Positions 13,054 through 22,471 of a stretch of DNA of 64,000 bases are shown here, in pieces. This DNA comes from an uncultured Acidimicrobiales bacterium (GTDB lineage: Bacteria > Actinomycetota > Acidimicrobiia > Acidimicrobiales > DATKAS01), in the NCBI GenBank assembly GCA_963847855.1, contig CAWKBM010000002.1:42500-106499 (forward strand). Reading direction: 5' to 3'. The position numbers and the translations under genes are program-made. The stretch's first letter is position 1, and every line of letters starts with the position of its first letter. The notes beneath the pieces were generated by a model. The model saw nothing but the letters and a program-made list of their open reading frames with translations, was not told where the DNA came from and ran no database searches.

Positions 13054-13793
13054 GCCGTCTGCGCATCCGGTTCACCAAGCTGGGCAAAGTCCGATTCACG
13101 AGTCACCGCGACGTGGCTCGCATGTTCGAGCGCGCCTTCCGGCGCGCTGAGGTCCCCCTCGCCTACACCGAGGGGTTTTCGCCCCGGCCCCGCATCAGCT
13201 TCGGCCTCGCGCTTTCGACGGGATACGAATCCCTCGCCGAGTACCTCGACGCCGACTTGTTGGACGCCGATCTCGAGGCCGGGACGTCTGTCGACGAGCT
13301 CACGCTGCCGCAGCGGCTGAGCTCGGCGCTCCCGACCGGCATCGACATCGTGGCGATGGCGCCGGTCGATGGCCACGCGCCGTCATTGCAGCAAGACGTC
13401 ACCTCCACCACGTGGCGGCTCACGATGCCCGGCGCTGACCGCGATGCGGTTGCTGGCGCTGCCGAGCAAGCGGTTGCGGCCGCCACGATCATGGCGACCC
13501 GCACCCGCAAGGGTCAGGAGTCGATCGACGATCTGCGGCCGTCGCTCCTCGCCCTCAACCTCGCCGATGCCGCCGACGGTGCGGATGACGATGCAGGTGT
13601 CGTCTTCGTCGCCGAGCTCGCAACGCAACCTCGGGCCCTGCGCCCCGCCGAGCTCGTCGGCGCGGTGTGGCCCGCTCTCGAAGACGTGCGCGCCCTGCGC
13701 ACGCATCAGTGGATCGAGCACGACGGCGCGCGATGGGAGCCGCTCCCATCCAGCGCGACGGACGCGCTGCACGCGATGGAGCGTGCCTCATGA
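13050..13793 (+). CDS. radical-SAM-associated protein (DUF2344/TIGR03936-like)
   Basis: ATG 13050 overlaps the upstream stop (ATGA). The product starts MSRLRIRFTKLGKVRFTSHRDVARMFERAFRRAEVPLAYTEGFSPRPRISFG. This is the usual partner downstream of the TIGR03960-type gene. Confidence 0.8.
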   Translation: MSRLRIRFTKLGKVRFTSHRDVARMFERAFRRAEVPLAYTEGFSPRPRISFGLALSTGYESLAEYLDADLLDADLEAGTSVDELTLPQRLSSALPTGIDIVAMAPVDGHAPSLQQDVTSTTWRLTMPGADRDAVAGAAEQAVAAATIMATRTRKGQESIDDLRPSLLALNLADAADGADDDAGVVFVAELATQPRALRPAELVGAVWPALEDVRALRTHQWIEHDGARWEPLPSSATDALHAMERAS

Positions 13794-13808
13794 GAAGGGA
13801 ACTCCCCG

Positions 13809-15653
13809 ATGTCCGAACCGATGCCGAGCGACGCCGTCGTGCCGCCTCCGCCGGAGGCCGCCGGCACTGACGCGGCCGCGTCTGTGGACGGCGCCCCCTC
13901 TCCCGCAGTCCGCAAGAAGCGTCGGCGCGGCAGTCGCGGTGGACGAAACCGGCCGCGCCCGACCGGTGAACCGAGCGGTCGGCTCGATCCCGACGTCGAC
14001 GACGCAGAGCCTGAGCTTCCTGACCGTCCGTTCGAGGGGCAGATCCACGATCCGGCGGTCGCGGAGCGGGTGCTGGTGCCCCGCAAGCCCCAGATCGGCG
14101 ACACGATGCCCGCGCCCACCCGCCGCGGAGGCCACCACGCCCGAGGCGCCGGCGCGCCGGCGACGGCGGCGCGGCGGTCGCGGTCGCGGCACGGGAGCGG
14201 GCTCATCCGGCTCGAAGGCGGCGCCGCCCGTCACGGCCGACCTCGGCGGCCCCTCCTTCGAGGTCGACGAGGACACCTTGGCCCGCCAGCGCGGCCGGGA
14301 GCGCAAGGGCCGTCCGATCGGCCGGTACCTCATGTGCGTGCACGTGCGCCCCGGAGCGACGCAGATCGCGGTGCTCGAGGGTCGCTCGCTCATCGAGCAC
14401 TACGTGTCGAAGCCGGCGGACGATCCCACGCAGATCCACGGCAACATCTACCTCGGCCGGGTGCAGAACGTGCTGCCGGGCATGGAGGCGGCCTTCGTCG
14501 ACATCGGTACGCCGAAGAACGCGGTCCTCTACCGCGGTGACCTCCAGTACGACCAGGAGGACATCGTCGAGAAGGGCGCCAACGCGCGCATCGAGCAGAT
14601 CCTGAAGGCCAGGCAGACGATCGTCTGTCAGGTCACGAAGAACCCGATCGGCGCCAAAGGGGCGAGGCTCACGCAGGAGGTCTCGCTGCCGGGCCGGTCG
14701 GTCGTGCTGATTCCGAACTCGAGCACCTATGGCATCTCGAAGCGCCTGAACGACGACGAGCGCAAGCGGCTGCGCGGCATCCTCGACGCGTCAAGCCCGC
14801 ACAGCACGGGGTGATCGTCCGCACCGCGGCCGAAGGGATCAGCACCGACGAGATCGAGCGGGACGTCGCCCGGCTCGTCACCCAGTGGGAGCAGATCGAC
14901 GCGTTGGCGAAGCGCTCACCGGCTCCCGCGCTCCTCTACACCGAGCCGAGCATGGCGGTGCGGGTGATCCGTGAGGAGTTCAACCGCGAGTACCGCGGCG
15001 TGGTCATCGACGATCCCGTGCTCTTCGAGGAGGTCCGCGACTACGTCTCGAGCATCAGCCCCGCCCTCGCCGATCGCGTCGAGTACTACGACCCCGAACT
15101 CGAGGGCCTCCCGCTGTTCGAGCGCCACCACGTCCACGAGCAGCTGCACAAGGCGCTCGACCGCAAGGTGTGGCTGCCCTCGGGCGGCTCACTGATCATC
15201 GAGCACACCGAGGCGTTGACGGTCATCGACGTGAACACCGGCAAGAACGTGGGCACGTCGAGCCTCGAGGAGACGGTGTTTCGCAACAACCTCGAAGCGG
15301 CCGACGAGATCGCCCGCCAGCTCCGGCTTCGGGACATCGGCGGCATCATCGTCATCGACTTCATCGACATGGAGATCAGAGAGAACCGCGACGCGGTGAT
15401 CGCCGAGTTCCGGGATGCGCTCGCCCGGGACAAGACCCGCACCCAGGTGTTCGACATCTCCGACCTCGGTCTCGTCGAGATGACTCGCAAGCGCATCGGC
15501 GAGGGCCTCCTCGAGTCCTTCGCCGACACCTGCCCCTACTGCGAGGGCCGCGGCGTCCTCGTCGACCACGGCCTCATGGATTGGCCGCTGACGTCGCTGA
15601 CCGTCGGTCGCGGCCGTCGATCCGGTAGCCTCGAACCCCTATGTATGCAGTGA
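13809..15653 (+). CDS. rne: ribonuclease E/G family; 2 frameshifts
   Basis: Has an Arg/Pro-rich N-terminus, then the S1 region GRYLMCVHVRPGATQIAVLEGRSLIEHYVS...GNIYLGRVQNVLPGMEAAFVDIG and the catalytic core SLIIEHTEALTVIDVNTGK...GGIIVIDFIDM. The frame changes near 14120 and 14790. Confidence 0.9.
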
Positions 15654-15959
15654 TCGCCACAGGCGGAAAGCAAGAGAAGGTCGCCGAGGGCCAGCGGCTC
15701 GACGTCGAGCTGCTCGACCTCGAAGAGGGCGAATCGAGTCTCGTTCACCCCGGTGCTCCTCGTCGACGGCGACACCGTGCTCGCCTCTTCGGACGAGCTG
15801 TCGGGTGCCAAGGTCGAGGCTCGGGTCGTCGGGTTCGCCAAGGGCCCGAAGATCATCGGCTTCAAGTACAAGAACAAGTCCCGCAGCCGCAAGCGCTGGG
15901 GCCACCGGCAGCACTACTCCACCATCGAGATCGTCTCGATCACGTCGGCGAAGGCATAA
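15641..15959 (+). CDS. rplU: 50S ribosomal protein L21; one frameshift near 15738
   Basis: The N-terminus is MYAVIATGGKQEKVAEGQRLDVELL. One extra base follows, then VSFTPVLLVDGDTVLASSDELSGAKVEARVVGFAKGPKIIGFKYKNKSRSRKRWGHRQHYSTIEI. Confidence 0.92.
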
Positions 15960-15971
15960 GGGGAGCGAGCC

Positions 15972-16223
15972 ATGTCAAAGACCAAGGGTGGCGGTTCCAC
16001 TCGCAACGGGCGTGACTCCAATGCCCAGCGCCTCGGAGTGAAGCGGTTCGACGGCACCGCGGTGACCGCGGGCACGATCCTCGTGCGCCAGCGCGGCACC
16101 AAGTTCCATCCCGGCGTCAACGTCGGCATCGGCGGCGACGACACGCTCTTCGCTCTCATCGACGGCACGGTGAAGTTCGGCCAGCGCAAGGGCCGCAAGC
16201 TCGTCGACATCAACCCTGTCTGA
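15972..16223 (+). CDS. rpmA: 50S ribosomal protein L27
   Basis: The product reads [48 protein letters not shown]. Confidence 0.97.
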   Translation: MSKTKGGGSTRNGRDSNAQRLGVKRFDGTAVTAGTILVRQRGTKFHPGVNVGIGGDDTLFALIDGTVKFGQRKGRKLVDINPV

Positions 16224-16232
16224 GGGCGTCGG

Positions 16233-17234
16233 TCACGCCCCTCGGGGCAGCGCAGCGGGCTCCCAACCGAGCCGCTCGACCGCGAGCCGGAACGCGAACC
16301 GGTCGGTCATGCCGCTGACGTAGCGGACTGCTGCAGCGACCGCCTCGTCGGAACCCGGCTGCAACGGCCCGTCGCCGGTCTCGTCGGGATGCTCGACGAA
16401 CCACGAGGTGAGCGAGCGCAACAGCCCGATCACCCGCTCGGCTTGCTCTCGCGCCTCGGGTCTGAGGTAGATGCGCTCATAGTTGAAGGCCCGGAACGCG
16501 TCGAGTGCGTCGGCCTCGGCCTTGCGGAGCCCGACGCATCCGCTCTCGGCGATCGTGTCGACCATCGTGGTGATGAACCGGTGCAGCTGCGTGCGTCGAT
16601 CAGCCCCGACGACGTCGCGCACCTCGTTCGGAAGGTCGCTCGTCCGCACGATGCCGGCGGCAACGGCGTCTTCGAAGTCGTGGCAGCAGTAGGCGATGCG
16701 GTCGGCCCACGCGACGACCTCACCCTCGGGAGTCGCCGGCGCCGGCCGATTCCACGAGTGGTTGCGCATCGCATCGAGCGTCTCCGCGCAGAGGTTGAGG
16801 GGGGCGAGCACGACATCGGCGCCGTAGACCGCGTGGTGATATCCCCCCTCGAGAAAGGGCGAGAGCGCCTCTTCAGAGGCATGGCCGGCGGGGCCATGGC
16901 CGCAGTCGTGGCCGGTTGCGCCCGCTGCGGTGAGCGCGACGTTGAGCCCGACCGGTCGGGCGATGCTCACCGCAACCTGGGCGACCTCGATCGCGTGGGT
17001 CAGCCGGGTGCGGAGGTGGTCGTCGTCGGGGGCGATGAACACCTGGCACTTCCCGGCGAGGCGCCGGAACGGCTTGGAGTGGTGGATGCGGTCGAGGTCG
17101 CGTTCGAAACAGGTGCGATGCAGATCGGGCTCCTCCGGAGTGGCGCGGTTACCCCCGCCGCGGGCGCGGGTGGCTCCCGGCGCCAGGACCGCCTCTTCGT
17201 CGGCTTCGCCGCGCTTCCCGCGAGCGGATGACAT
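16233..17234 (-). CDS. HD-domain deoxyguanosinetriphosphate triphosphohydrolase-like protein
   Basis: Only the last 333 aa of the 706-aa ORF look real. They start at MSSARGKRGE (ATG at 17234) and include FERDLDRIHHSKPFRRLAGKCQVF, RLTHAIEVAQVA and GHDCGHGPAGH. Confidence 0.85.
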   Translation of the reverse strand: MSSARGKRGEADEEAVLAPGATRARGGGNRATPEEPDLHRTCFERDLDRIHHSKPFRRLAGKCQVFIAPDDDHLRTRLTHAIEVAQVAVSIARPVGLNVALTAAGATGHDCGHGPAGHASEEALSPFLEGGYHHAVYGADVVLAPLNLCAETLDAMRNHSWNRPAPATPEGEVVAWADRIAYCCHDFEDAVAAGIVRTSDLPNEVRDVVGADRRTQLHRFITTMVDTIAESGCVGLRKAEADALDAFRAFNYERIYLRPEAREQAERVIGLLRSLTSWFVEHPDETGDGPLQPGSDEAVAAAVRYVSGMTDRFAFRLAVERLGWEPAALPRGA

Positions 17235-17392
17235 GACCGGGCTCGCCGACCCACGACGGTGCATGCGCGATGCCGAGTGCCACCGATTGGGTCGTGCGCG
17301 CTGCCAAGATGTCCTCCTGCCTCGGTGCCAAGGGTACAGAGGGGGTGTGACATACATCGGTGATCGACGATCCGCGCGAATTTTTCCGACGT

Positions 17393-17460
17393 TGAGTGAT
17401 CTTTGACGCTGAGTGGGTCGTATGACCCATTGCAACCGCGGTGAGTGAAATCCACACTCA
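17393..17460. promoter_or_regulatory. clustered TGAGTG motifs in the divergent dGTPase / tadE-like intergenic region
   Basis: TGAGTG occurs at 17393, 17410 and 17442, with the inverted CACTCA at 17455. Together these form TGAGTG-N7-CACTCA. A GGGTC-N4-GACCC palindrome lies at 17415..17428. The whole cluster sits in a locally AT-richer patch of a 336-bp spacer. Confidence 0.2.
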
Positions 17461-17570
17461 GGGCGGAGTAATTTTCTCGTTGGACGGCGGGCGTCTCGGT
17501 TCGAGCGTCTACGTGCACGCAGCAACGCACCAGTCACCTCATCAGCGAGGGGGTTGGCGCCGATACCTAG

Positions 17571-18203
17571 GTGGTGCAGATGTTCGGTTCGCTGACTCCG
17601 AGGGCGGAACGGGGAGCGACTCCTCGTCGCGCTCGCGGCGACGACGGCGCGGCCATGGTCGAGGCAGCCATCGTCATGCCCCTCCTCATGTTGCTCGTGT
17701 TCGGCATCATCGAGTGGGGCCTCGCCTTCCTGACCGCGACCTCCACCAACTCCGCCGCCCGTTCCGGCGCCCGTACCGCTTCGGCGCTGACGCTCAACAC
17801 CACCTATGCGGATCAGGCGCGCCTCGCTGTCGAGTCGAACCTTTCGGGCGCCATCCCGTTCGCGACTCCGCTCGAGATGTGGGTCTACGAGGTGCCCTAC
17901 ACGAATCCCGCTGGCTCTCCTTACCCCTCCGGGCAGACGAGCTGGACGTGCGGCACGAACTGCATCAAGTACACGTGGAATTCCGCGACCTCGCACTTCG
18001 AGAACCCCCAGGGCACCTGGCCCGCGGCGTCCATGGTCGTGTGCGGCGTCCCGCCGGACCACTTCGACTCGGTGGGCGTCTACCTCAAGGTGCGCCACAA
18101 CTTCGTCACGAACTTCTTCGGTTCGAGCAAGGTCATCGCCGAGCACACGATCATGCGGCTCGAGCCCCAGCCGACCGCTTCCTGCTCCGTCGTGGGGTCT
18201 TAG
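17571..18203 (+). CDS. TadE-like pseudopilin / pilus assembly protein
   Basis: The N-terminus ...RGDDGAAMVEAAIVMPLLMLLVFGIIEWGLAF is the TadE-type hydrophobic segment. The rest is a 210-aa Cys-containing extracellular domain. Confidence 0.75.
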   Translation: MVQMFGSLTPRAERGATPRRARGDDGAAMVEAAIVMPLLMLLVFGIIEWGLAFLTATSTNSAARSGARTASALTLNTTYADQARLAVESNLSGAIPFATPLEMWVYEVPYTNPAGSPYPSGQTSWTCGTNCIKYTWNSATSHFENPQGTWPAASMVVCGVPPDHFDSVGVYLKVRHNFVTNFFGSSKVIAEHTIMRLEPQPTASCSVVGS

Positions 18204-18204
18204 C

Positions 18205-20022
18205 GTGCGGACCGCTGCGCGAACCGAAGCGAACGTCGCCGAGTCGATGAGTGGCGACGAGGGTGGGTTCGTCATGGTCTGGATGGCCTTGATGTTGCTC
18301 GTGCTCCTCGCGTTCTGCGGGTTCGGCATCGACGTCTCGAACTGGTGGTACATCGGTCAGAAGGAGCAGCGCGCCGCCGATGCGGGCGCCCTTGCTGGCT
18401 CGATCTACATGCCCAACGACCTGGTCAGTGCCCGGGCTGTGGCGCTCAAGGTCGCCTCGCAAAACGGCTACACGAACGGCGTGAACGCGACGGTCACGGC
18501 GACCCAGGAGCCGCAGCCGAGCCGCATCCGCGTCACGATCACGTCGACGACGACGAATTTCTTCGCGGGTCTCGTCGGCTTCAACAACGAGACGATCTCA
18601 CGAGACGCTGTTGCCGACTTCCAGGGGCCGGTGCCGATGGGCAGTCCGACGGCCACGCTCGGGCAGGACCCTGACGAGGGAGACATCCAGCAGCTCTGGC
18701 TGAACACCAGCGCCCCCTCGAGCAACAAGAGCGAGGGTGATCGCTTCGCCACCAACAAGTGCTCAGGTGGCGAATACGCGTGCCCGGGTCCGAACACCGA
18801 GTACTCGGCTGACGGGTACACATACCGCGTGCGAGTCACGTCGATCCAGGGCGGCCAGCCGCTGGTGTTCCAGGTGTTCGACCCCGCGTGGATCAACACC
18901 GACAACTTCTGCAACAACGGGAACATGCCGAACGTGCAGCAGAACGGCATCCCGGGCCTCACCGGGGCCCCGTGGAACATCACCGACGTGCTGAATCGGT
19001 ATGGCACCAGCGCCGACACGCTCTCCACCGGCCCGGCGCTGTACTGCACCGGCGACCAGAGCTCGAGCGGTTCGGGGAACAACACCACGTACATCGTGCG
19101 CGCCCCGGACTTGACTCCCTGGACCGACCTCGACAATCCCGTGATCGACATCGCGACCTGTCGGCCGGCCAGCTTCTACCCGATCAACACGCCCCTTGGG
19201 GCGTTGCTCGATCCGACGAATGGCAACGCCAATGGGGTCTACGTCAAGAACTACTTCCATCGCTGGGCCACGATCTGCTCGATCCCGTCGGCTTCCCTTG
19301 CCTCGTACGGCACGAATGGGCTCGGCGACTACGTCATCCAAGTGAAGACGAACTCGACCCGCTCGAGCCTGCCCGCCGGGGACACCGCGACGTTCAAGAC
19401 GTGGCCGCTCGGAGCGTGCAACGGGATCACGGCTTGTGAAGCGACCGGCACCGGTGGCCCGACGACCGAAGGTGGGTTCAACCGCTACTCGATCCGCGCC
19501 GGCTACGGCACCAGCTCCGGAGTGAGCGGGAAGGCCCCGAATGGCGCTGGTGTGTCGGTGTTCGCAACCGAGAACCTGCCGATCTTCGCGAACTCTGGTT
19601 CGGTGTCGAGCCCGACCTTCTACCTCGCTCGAGTGACGCCCACCGCGGGCTCGGGCCGCACGCTCACCTTGAACTTCTACGACATCGGCGATGTCGGCGG
19701 TGGTGGATCGGTGACGCTCTCGATCCTGGCTCCGGGCGACTCGAACTACTCGGGCGGCTTCCCCGTCTGCACCTACCACCGTGACAACGCGACCACTGAC
19801 GTCACCGCGACGGGGTGCTCGATCCCGGGCATGACGAACTCTGTCTACAACGGTCGGCTCGTGACGATGACGATCCCGATCCCTGCGGACTACAACTGTG
19901 CGTTCAACAGCGGCACGGGTTGTTGGCTGAAGGTGCGGATGACCTACGTCAGCGCCCAGCCGAACGACACCACGACGTGGACGGCGTCGCTGAACGGCGA
20001 CCCCGTTCGCCTGGTCGAGTGA
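18205..20022 (+). CDS. TadG-like (Tad N-terminal domain) large secreted/anchored protein
   Basis: GGFVMVWMALMLLVLLAFCGFGIDVSNWWYIGQKEQRAADAGALAGS matches the TadG-type N-terminal domain. About 530 aa follow, Thr/Gly/Asn-rich with 12 Cys, and I see no DxSxS vWA MIDAS motif. The start is GTG 18205 (2 nt after the tadE-like stop) or ATG 18247. Confidence 0.7.
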   Translation: MRTAARTEANVAESMSGDEGGFVMVWMALMLLVLLAFCGFGIDVSNWWYIGQKEQRAADAGALAGSIYMPNDLVSARAVALKVASQNGYTNGVNATVTATQEPQPSRIRVTITSTTTNFFAGLVGFNNETISRDAVADFQGPVPMGSPTATLGQDPDEGDIQQLWLNTSAPSSNKSEGDRFATNKCSGGEYACPGPNTEYSADGYTYRVRVTSIQGGQPLVFQVFDPAWINTDNFCNNGNMPNVQQNGIPGLTGAPWNITDVLNRYGTSADTLSTGPALYCTGDQSSSGSGNNTTYIVRAPDLTPWTDLDNPVIDIATCRPASFYPINTPLGALLDPTNGNANGVYVKNYFHRWATICSIPSASLASYGTNGLGDYVIQVKTNSTRSSLPAGDTATFKTWPLGACNGITACEATGTGGPTTEGGFNRYSIRAGYGTSSGVSGKAPNGAGVSVFATENLPIFANSGSVSSPTFYLARVTPTAGSGRTLTLNFYDIGDVGGGGSVTLSILAPGDSNYSGGFPVCTYHRDNATTDVTATGCSIPGMTNSVYNGRLVTMTIPIPADYNCAFNSGTGCWLKVRMTYVSAQPNDTTTWTASLNGDPVRLVE

Positions 20023-20077
20023 CGACGGTCGACTAACACCCTCGCGCCTTCTCCGCGCACCAATAGGCTGGCTCGTC

Positions 20078-21322
20078 GTGGCTGGCTTCGTCGACGAGTG
20101 CGCGCTGAACGTGCGCGGTGGTGATGGCGGTGCCGGCAGCGTGTCGTTCCGCCGTGAGTCCCACGTCCCCCGCGGCGGCCCTGACGGCGGCGACGGAGGA
20201 TCGGGCGGCGACGTGTGGCTCGTCGCCGACCACAACGTGGCGTCGCTGCTCGCGTTCCGGGACCATCCGCATCGTCGAGGGACGGACGGCACGCACGGCA
20301 TGGGCAAGGGCCGTCACGGCACCTCTGGCAAGGACATGGTCGTCTCCGTGCCTCAGGGCACGACCGTGCGCGCGATGGACACCGGCACGCTGCTCGCAGA
20401 CCTCGTGAACCATGGCGACCGGTGGCGCGCCGCGGCAGGCGGACGCGGAGGGCGCGGCAATGCTCGCTTCCTCTCGAACACCCGCCGAGCGCCCTCGTTC
20501 GCCGAGCAGGGGGAGCACGGCGAGGAGCAGTGGCTGCTCCTCGAGCTGCGGCTCATGGCCGACGTCGCGTTGGTCGGCTTCCCCAACTCGGGCAAGAGCA
20601 CCCTGATCAGTCGCATCTCGGCGGCGAAGCCGAAGATCGCCGACTACCCGTTCACGACGCTCGAGCCGAACCTCGGCGTCGTGCGCATGGACGATGACTT
20701 CGAGATGGTCGTCGCCGACATCCCCGGTCTCATCGAAGGCGCGAGCGAGGGGAAGGGCCTCGGCCACCGGTTCCTCCGTCATGTGGAGCGGGCGCGTGTG
20801 CTCGTCGTCCTGATCGACCTCGCGGCGTCCGAGGGTCGGCCGCCGGCCGAGCAGGAGCGGGTGCTGCTCGACGAGCTCGGTCGCTATCAGCCAGACCTTC
20901 TCGACCGGCCACGCGTCGTCGTCGGCTCACGCGCCGACGTCGAGGATGCGGGTGTCGAGTGGGACGGCCGTCGGATGAGTGCGATCACCGGCTCGGGTCT
21001 GCGCGAGCTCGTCGGCGACATGGCGAAACTCGTGCGCGAAGCGCGCGACGCCGAACCCGTGACCGAAGGGCTCGTCATCCACCGTCCACTCCTCGAAGGT
21101 GTACGGGTCGAGCAAGAAGGCGACGGTGTGTACCGCGTCCTCGGCCGTGCCGCCGAGCGCGCCGTCGCCCTCTCCGACCTCACGAACGCCGAGGCCCTCA
21201 GGTACGTCGACGATCGACTGAAGCGACTCGGCGTCGGCAGGGCACTGGCGCGCGCGGGTGCGCGTCCAGGCGACACCGTGCTCGTTGGCAAGTTCAGCTT
21301 CGACTACGAGCCCGACCAATGA
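20078..21322 (+). CDS. obg: GTPase Obg
   Basis: Contains MAGFVDECALNVRGGDGGAGSVSFRRE, the G1 motif GFPNSGKS, and DIPGLIEGASEGKGLG. Confidence 0.95.
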   Translation: MAGFVDECALNVRGGDGGAGSVSFRRESHVPRGGPDGGDGGSGGDVWLVADHNVASLLAFRDHPHRRGTDGTHGMGKGRHGTSGKDMVVSVPQGTTVRAMDTGTLLADLVNHGDRWRAAAGGRGGRGNARFLSNTRRAPSFAEQGEHGEEQWLLLELRLMADVALVGFPNSGKSTLISRISAAKPKIADYPFTTLEPNLGVVRMDDDFEMVVADIPGLIEGASEGKGLGHRFLRHVERARVLVVLIDLAASEGRPPAEQERVLLDELGRYQPDLLDRPRVVVGSRADVEDAGVEWDGRRMSAITGSGLRELVGDMAKLVREARDAEPVTEGLVIHRPLLEGVRVEQEGDGVYRVLGRAAERAVALSDLTNAEALRYVDDRLKRLGVGRALARAGARPGDTVLVGKFSFDYEPDQ

Positions 21323-22413
21323 GCACCGTCGTCGCGAAGATCGGCACGTCGTCGCTGACCGACCGCATGGGCGTGATCGACACCGGAGCGATCGCGAAGC
21401 TCTGCGGCGAGGTGGCGCAGCTGCGCGTCGACGGTCATGCCGTCGTCGTGGTCAGCTCCGGCGCGGTGTCGGCGGGAGTCGCGGCCCTCGGGCTCGCGGA
21501 GCGTCCCACCGATCTGCCCACACTGCAGGCGCTCGCCGCCGCGGGGCAGAGCCGGTTGATGCGCGCCTACGACGACATCCTCGCGACGCACGGGCTCGTG
21601 CCGGCGCAGGTGCTGCTCGTGCCGCACGACTTCGTCGAGCGCCGCCAGTACCTCCACGCCCGCCAGACCCTCGTGCGGTTGCTCGAGCTCGGCGCCGTGC
21701 CGATCGTGAACGAGAACGATGCCATCGCCGACGACGAGATCCGGTTCGGCGACAACGACCGCCTCGCCGCCCTCGTCGCTCACCTCGTCCACGCAGATCT
21801 GCTCGTGATGTTGACCGACACCCCGGGCGTGCTCACCGCGGATCCCCGTCTCGACGCCGACGCGTCGCTCATCGAGGAGGTCGTCGGCATCGACCGGGCC
21901 TTCGAGGAGCAGATGGGCGGCGCAGGCTCGTCGCGGGGGAGTGGCGGCATGGCCTCGAAGGTCGCTGCGGCTCGCATCGCGTCGTGGTCGGGAGTGCGCG
22001 CGGTGATCGCCGCCGCAGATCGTCCGGATGTGCTGCTCGACGCGGTCAACGGCGTCGGCGGCGTCGGTACCGTCGTCCATCCCCATGAGAGGCGGCTCCC
22101 CGCTCGCAAGCTGTGGATCGCGTTCGCTGTCGCCGCCGCGGGCGTCATCGAGGTCGACGATGGAGCACGGCGCGCCCTCGTCGACGGCAATCGTTCGCTG
22201 CTACCGGCCGGCGTGACCGGGGTGAAGGGCGACTTCCTCGCCGATGACGCGATCGAGGTCGTCGGTCCCGACGGAATCGTGTTCGCGAAGGGTCTGACCC
22301 GCATCGACGCGCATCAGCTCGCCCAGGTGACCGGCAGGCGAACCTCAGACCTTCCCGAGGGCTGGCCCCACGAGGTCGTGCACCGAGACGACCTCGTCGT
22401 GCTGCCGGGCTGA
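21319..22413 (+). CDS. proB: glutamate 5-kinase
   Basis: ATG 21319 overlaps the obg stop (ATGA). The product includes MSTVVAKIGTSSLTD, VVVSSGAV, NENDAIADDEIRFGDNDRLAA and a C-terminal PUA-like part. Confidence 0.93.
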   Translation: MSTVVAKIGTSSLTDRMGVIDTGAIAKLCGEVAQLRVDGHAVVVVSSGAVSAGVAALGLAERPTDLPTLQALAAAGQSRLMRAYDDILATHGLVPAQVLLVPHDFVERRQYLHARQTLVRLLELGAVPIVNENDAIADDEIRFGDNDRLAALVAHLVHADLLVMLTDTPGVLTADPRLDADASLIEEVVGIDRAFEEQMGGAGSSRGSGGMASKVAAARIASWSGVRAVIAAADRPDVLLDAVNGVGGVGTVVHPHERRLPARKLWIAFAVAAAGVIEVDDGARRALVDGNRSLLPAGVTGVKGDFLADDAIEVVGPDGIVFAKGLTRIDAHQLAQVTGRRTSDLPEGWPHEVVHRDDLVVLPG

Positions 22414-22431
22414 CCTGACCCCCGACCGAGT

Positions 22432-22466
22432 GCGCGCCAGAGCGACGATGCGTCGGGCTGGCGCGC
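22432..22466. terminator. hairpin between convergent proB and pspA
   Basis: The sequence is GCGCGCCAG-AG-CGACG-ATG-CGTCG-GG-CTGGCGCGC, with 9+5 bp of pairing. There is no U-tract. Confidence 0.35.
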
Positions 22467-22471
22467 AAACG

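Noticed and set aside
17235-17570. A possible hidden Flp pilin gene upstream of the TadE-like gene.
   Set aside because: Translating the spacer in the three forward frames gave no short ORF with a Flp-type G/XXXXEY hydrophobic N-terminus.
16233-18353. A 706-aa minus-strand ORF that could be read as one giant protein.
   Set aside because: Only the C-terminal 333 aa (from ATG 17234) resemble an HD-domain dGTPase. The upstream part is low-complexity and lies antisense to the TadE/TadG-like genes and the intergenic spacer.
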